DNA of 63,819 nucleotides, filler included. It is 9 parts of 9 records of this genome, joined end to end, with 100 filler letters (N's around TTAATTAATTAA, not from the genome) between each part and the next. Parts side by side here need not be neighbours in the genome. Positions count along the whole stretch, not along the records: positions 56,566 to 63,819 come from SRR31147125_50570; 8 more parts are not named here. One strand, 5' to 3'. The notes beneath the pieces are model-generated. The model did not search any database and was not told the origin of the DNA. It was given only the letters and a program-made list of their open reading frames with translations. A program made the translations under genes and the position numbers. Positions 63,351 through 63,819 of the stretch are shown one piece after another; position 1 is the stretch's first letter; every line of letters starts with the position of its first letter.

Positions 63351-63819
63351 ATGTCCTGGAGTCAAGTACTCGAATTGATTCAGAGTATCCTTATCACCCA
63401 GACCGGGATTCCCAATCTCGCGATCAATCAGGTGATTATGATGTTGATCGGCCTGTTTTTTCTTTACCTGGCCATTGGCAAAGAATACGAGCCTCTGCTT
63501 CTGGTCCCCATCGGATTCGGTATTTTTATCGTGAATTTCCCCCTGACGCCTTTGATGGGCTTTACGGAACACGGCAATCCCGAACTGATCCGGGTCTTTT
63601 ACAAATACGGGGTTGAATGGGAGGTCATCCCCTGTGTGATCTTCCTTGGGTTGGGTGCAATGACGGATTTCGGTCCCCTCATTGCCAATCCCAAAACCCT
63701 ACTCATCGGTGCCGGGGCACAGTTGGGGGTGTTTGTCACCTATCTCGGCGTGCTCTTTTTCGGTTTCACTCTAAAGGAAGCTGCATCCGTCGGTATCATC
63801 GGCGGTGCGGACGGCCCCA
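63351..63819 (+). CDS. Sodium-translocating decarboxylase beta subunit (OadB/MmdB), 3'-partial; absent from ORF track
   Basis: YLAIGKEYEPLLLVPIGFG, IFLGLGAMTDFGPLIANPK, GAGAQLG, GIIGGADGP. Confidence 0.93.
   Translation, partial: MSWSQVLELIQSILITQTGIPNLAINQVIMMLIGLFFLYLAIGKEYEPLLLVPIGFGIFIVNFPLTPLMGFTEHGNPELIRVFYKYGVEWEVIPCVIFLGLGAMTDFGPLIANPKTLLIGAGAQLGVFVTYLGVLFFGFTLKEAASVGIIGGADGP

Overview
This window is not one locus. It is nine unrelated contigs joined by 100-nt artificial linkers (44 N + TTAATTAATTAA + 44 N), and many genes are broken by single-base indels, mostly at homopolymer runs, which suggests pyrosequencing-type errors in a metagenome. (1) 1-7157: surface-polysaccharide cluster (heparinase II/III-like lyase, M64-like peptidase, O-antigen ligase family, GT-C, rfbA). 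(2) 7258-19207: deltaproteobacterial-like housekeeping region (uvrA, glyQ, HEAT/cNMP protein, PfkB kinase, REC-GGDEF, purF, M20 peptidase, ispDF). (3) 19308-24485: large secreted ricin-B lectin protein, SDR and divergent TetR. (4) 24586-31143: Bacteroidota-type LytS/LytTR pair and TonB receptor/DUF4249 operon. (5) 31244-36263: AT-rich Clostridia-like origin-proximal region (parB, two parS sites, cvpA, dapF, CCA enzyme). (6) 36364-41554: radical SAM/SPASM end, an uncalled 48-aa RiPP-like precursor, PEP-CTERM protein, TPR protein, O-antigen ligase, CpsB phosphatase. (7) 41655-48977: TonB receptor, IS91 remnant, an orphan integron cassette with a 59-bp attC, MCP, Fe-S proteins. (8) 49078-56465: type VI secretion genes (tssG, tssH, vgrG, two DUF6931-like genes, PAAR). 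(9) 56566-63819: acyl-CoA catabolic cluster with an atypical HMG-CoA-lyase-like enzyme and a Na+-pumping decarboxylase. The best leads are the radical SAM plus precursor peptide beside a PEP-CTERM/EPS locus, the integrase-free attC cassette, and a ~40-bp palindromic repeat translated inside gene 3' ends. All family calls come from motif recognition by eye; no database search was run.
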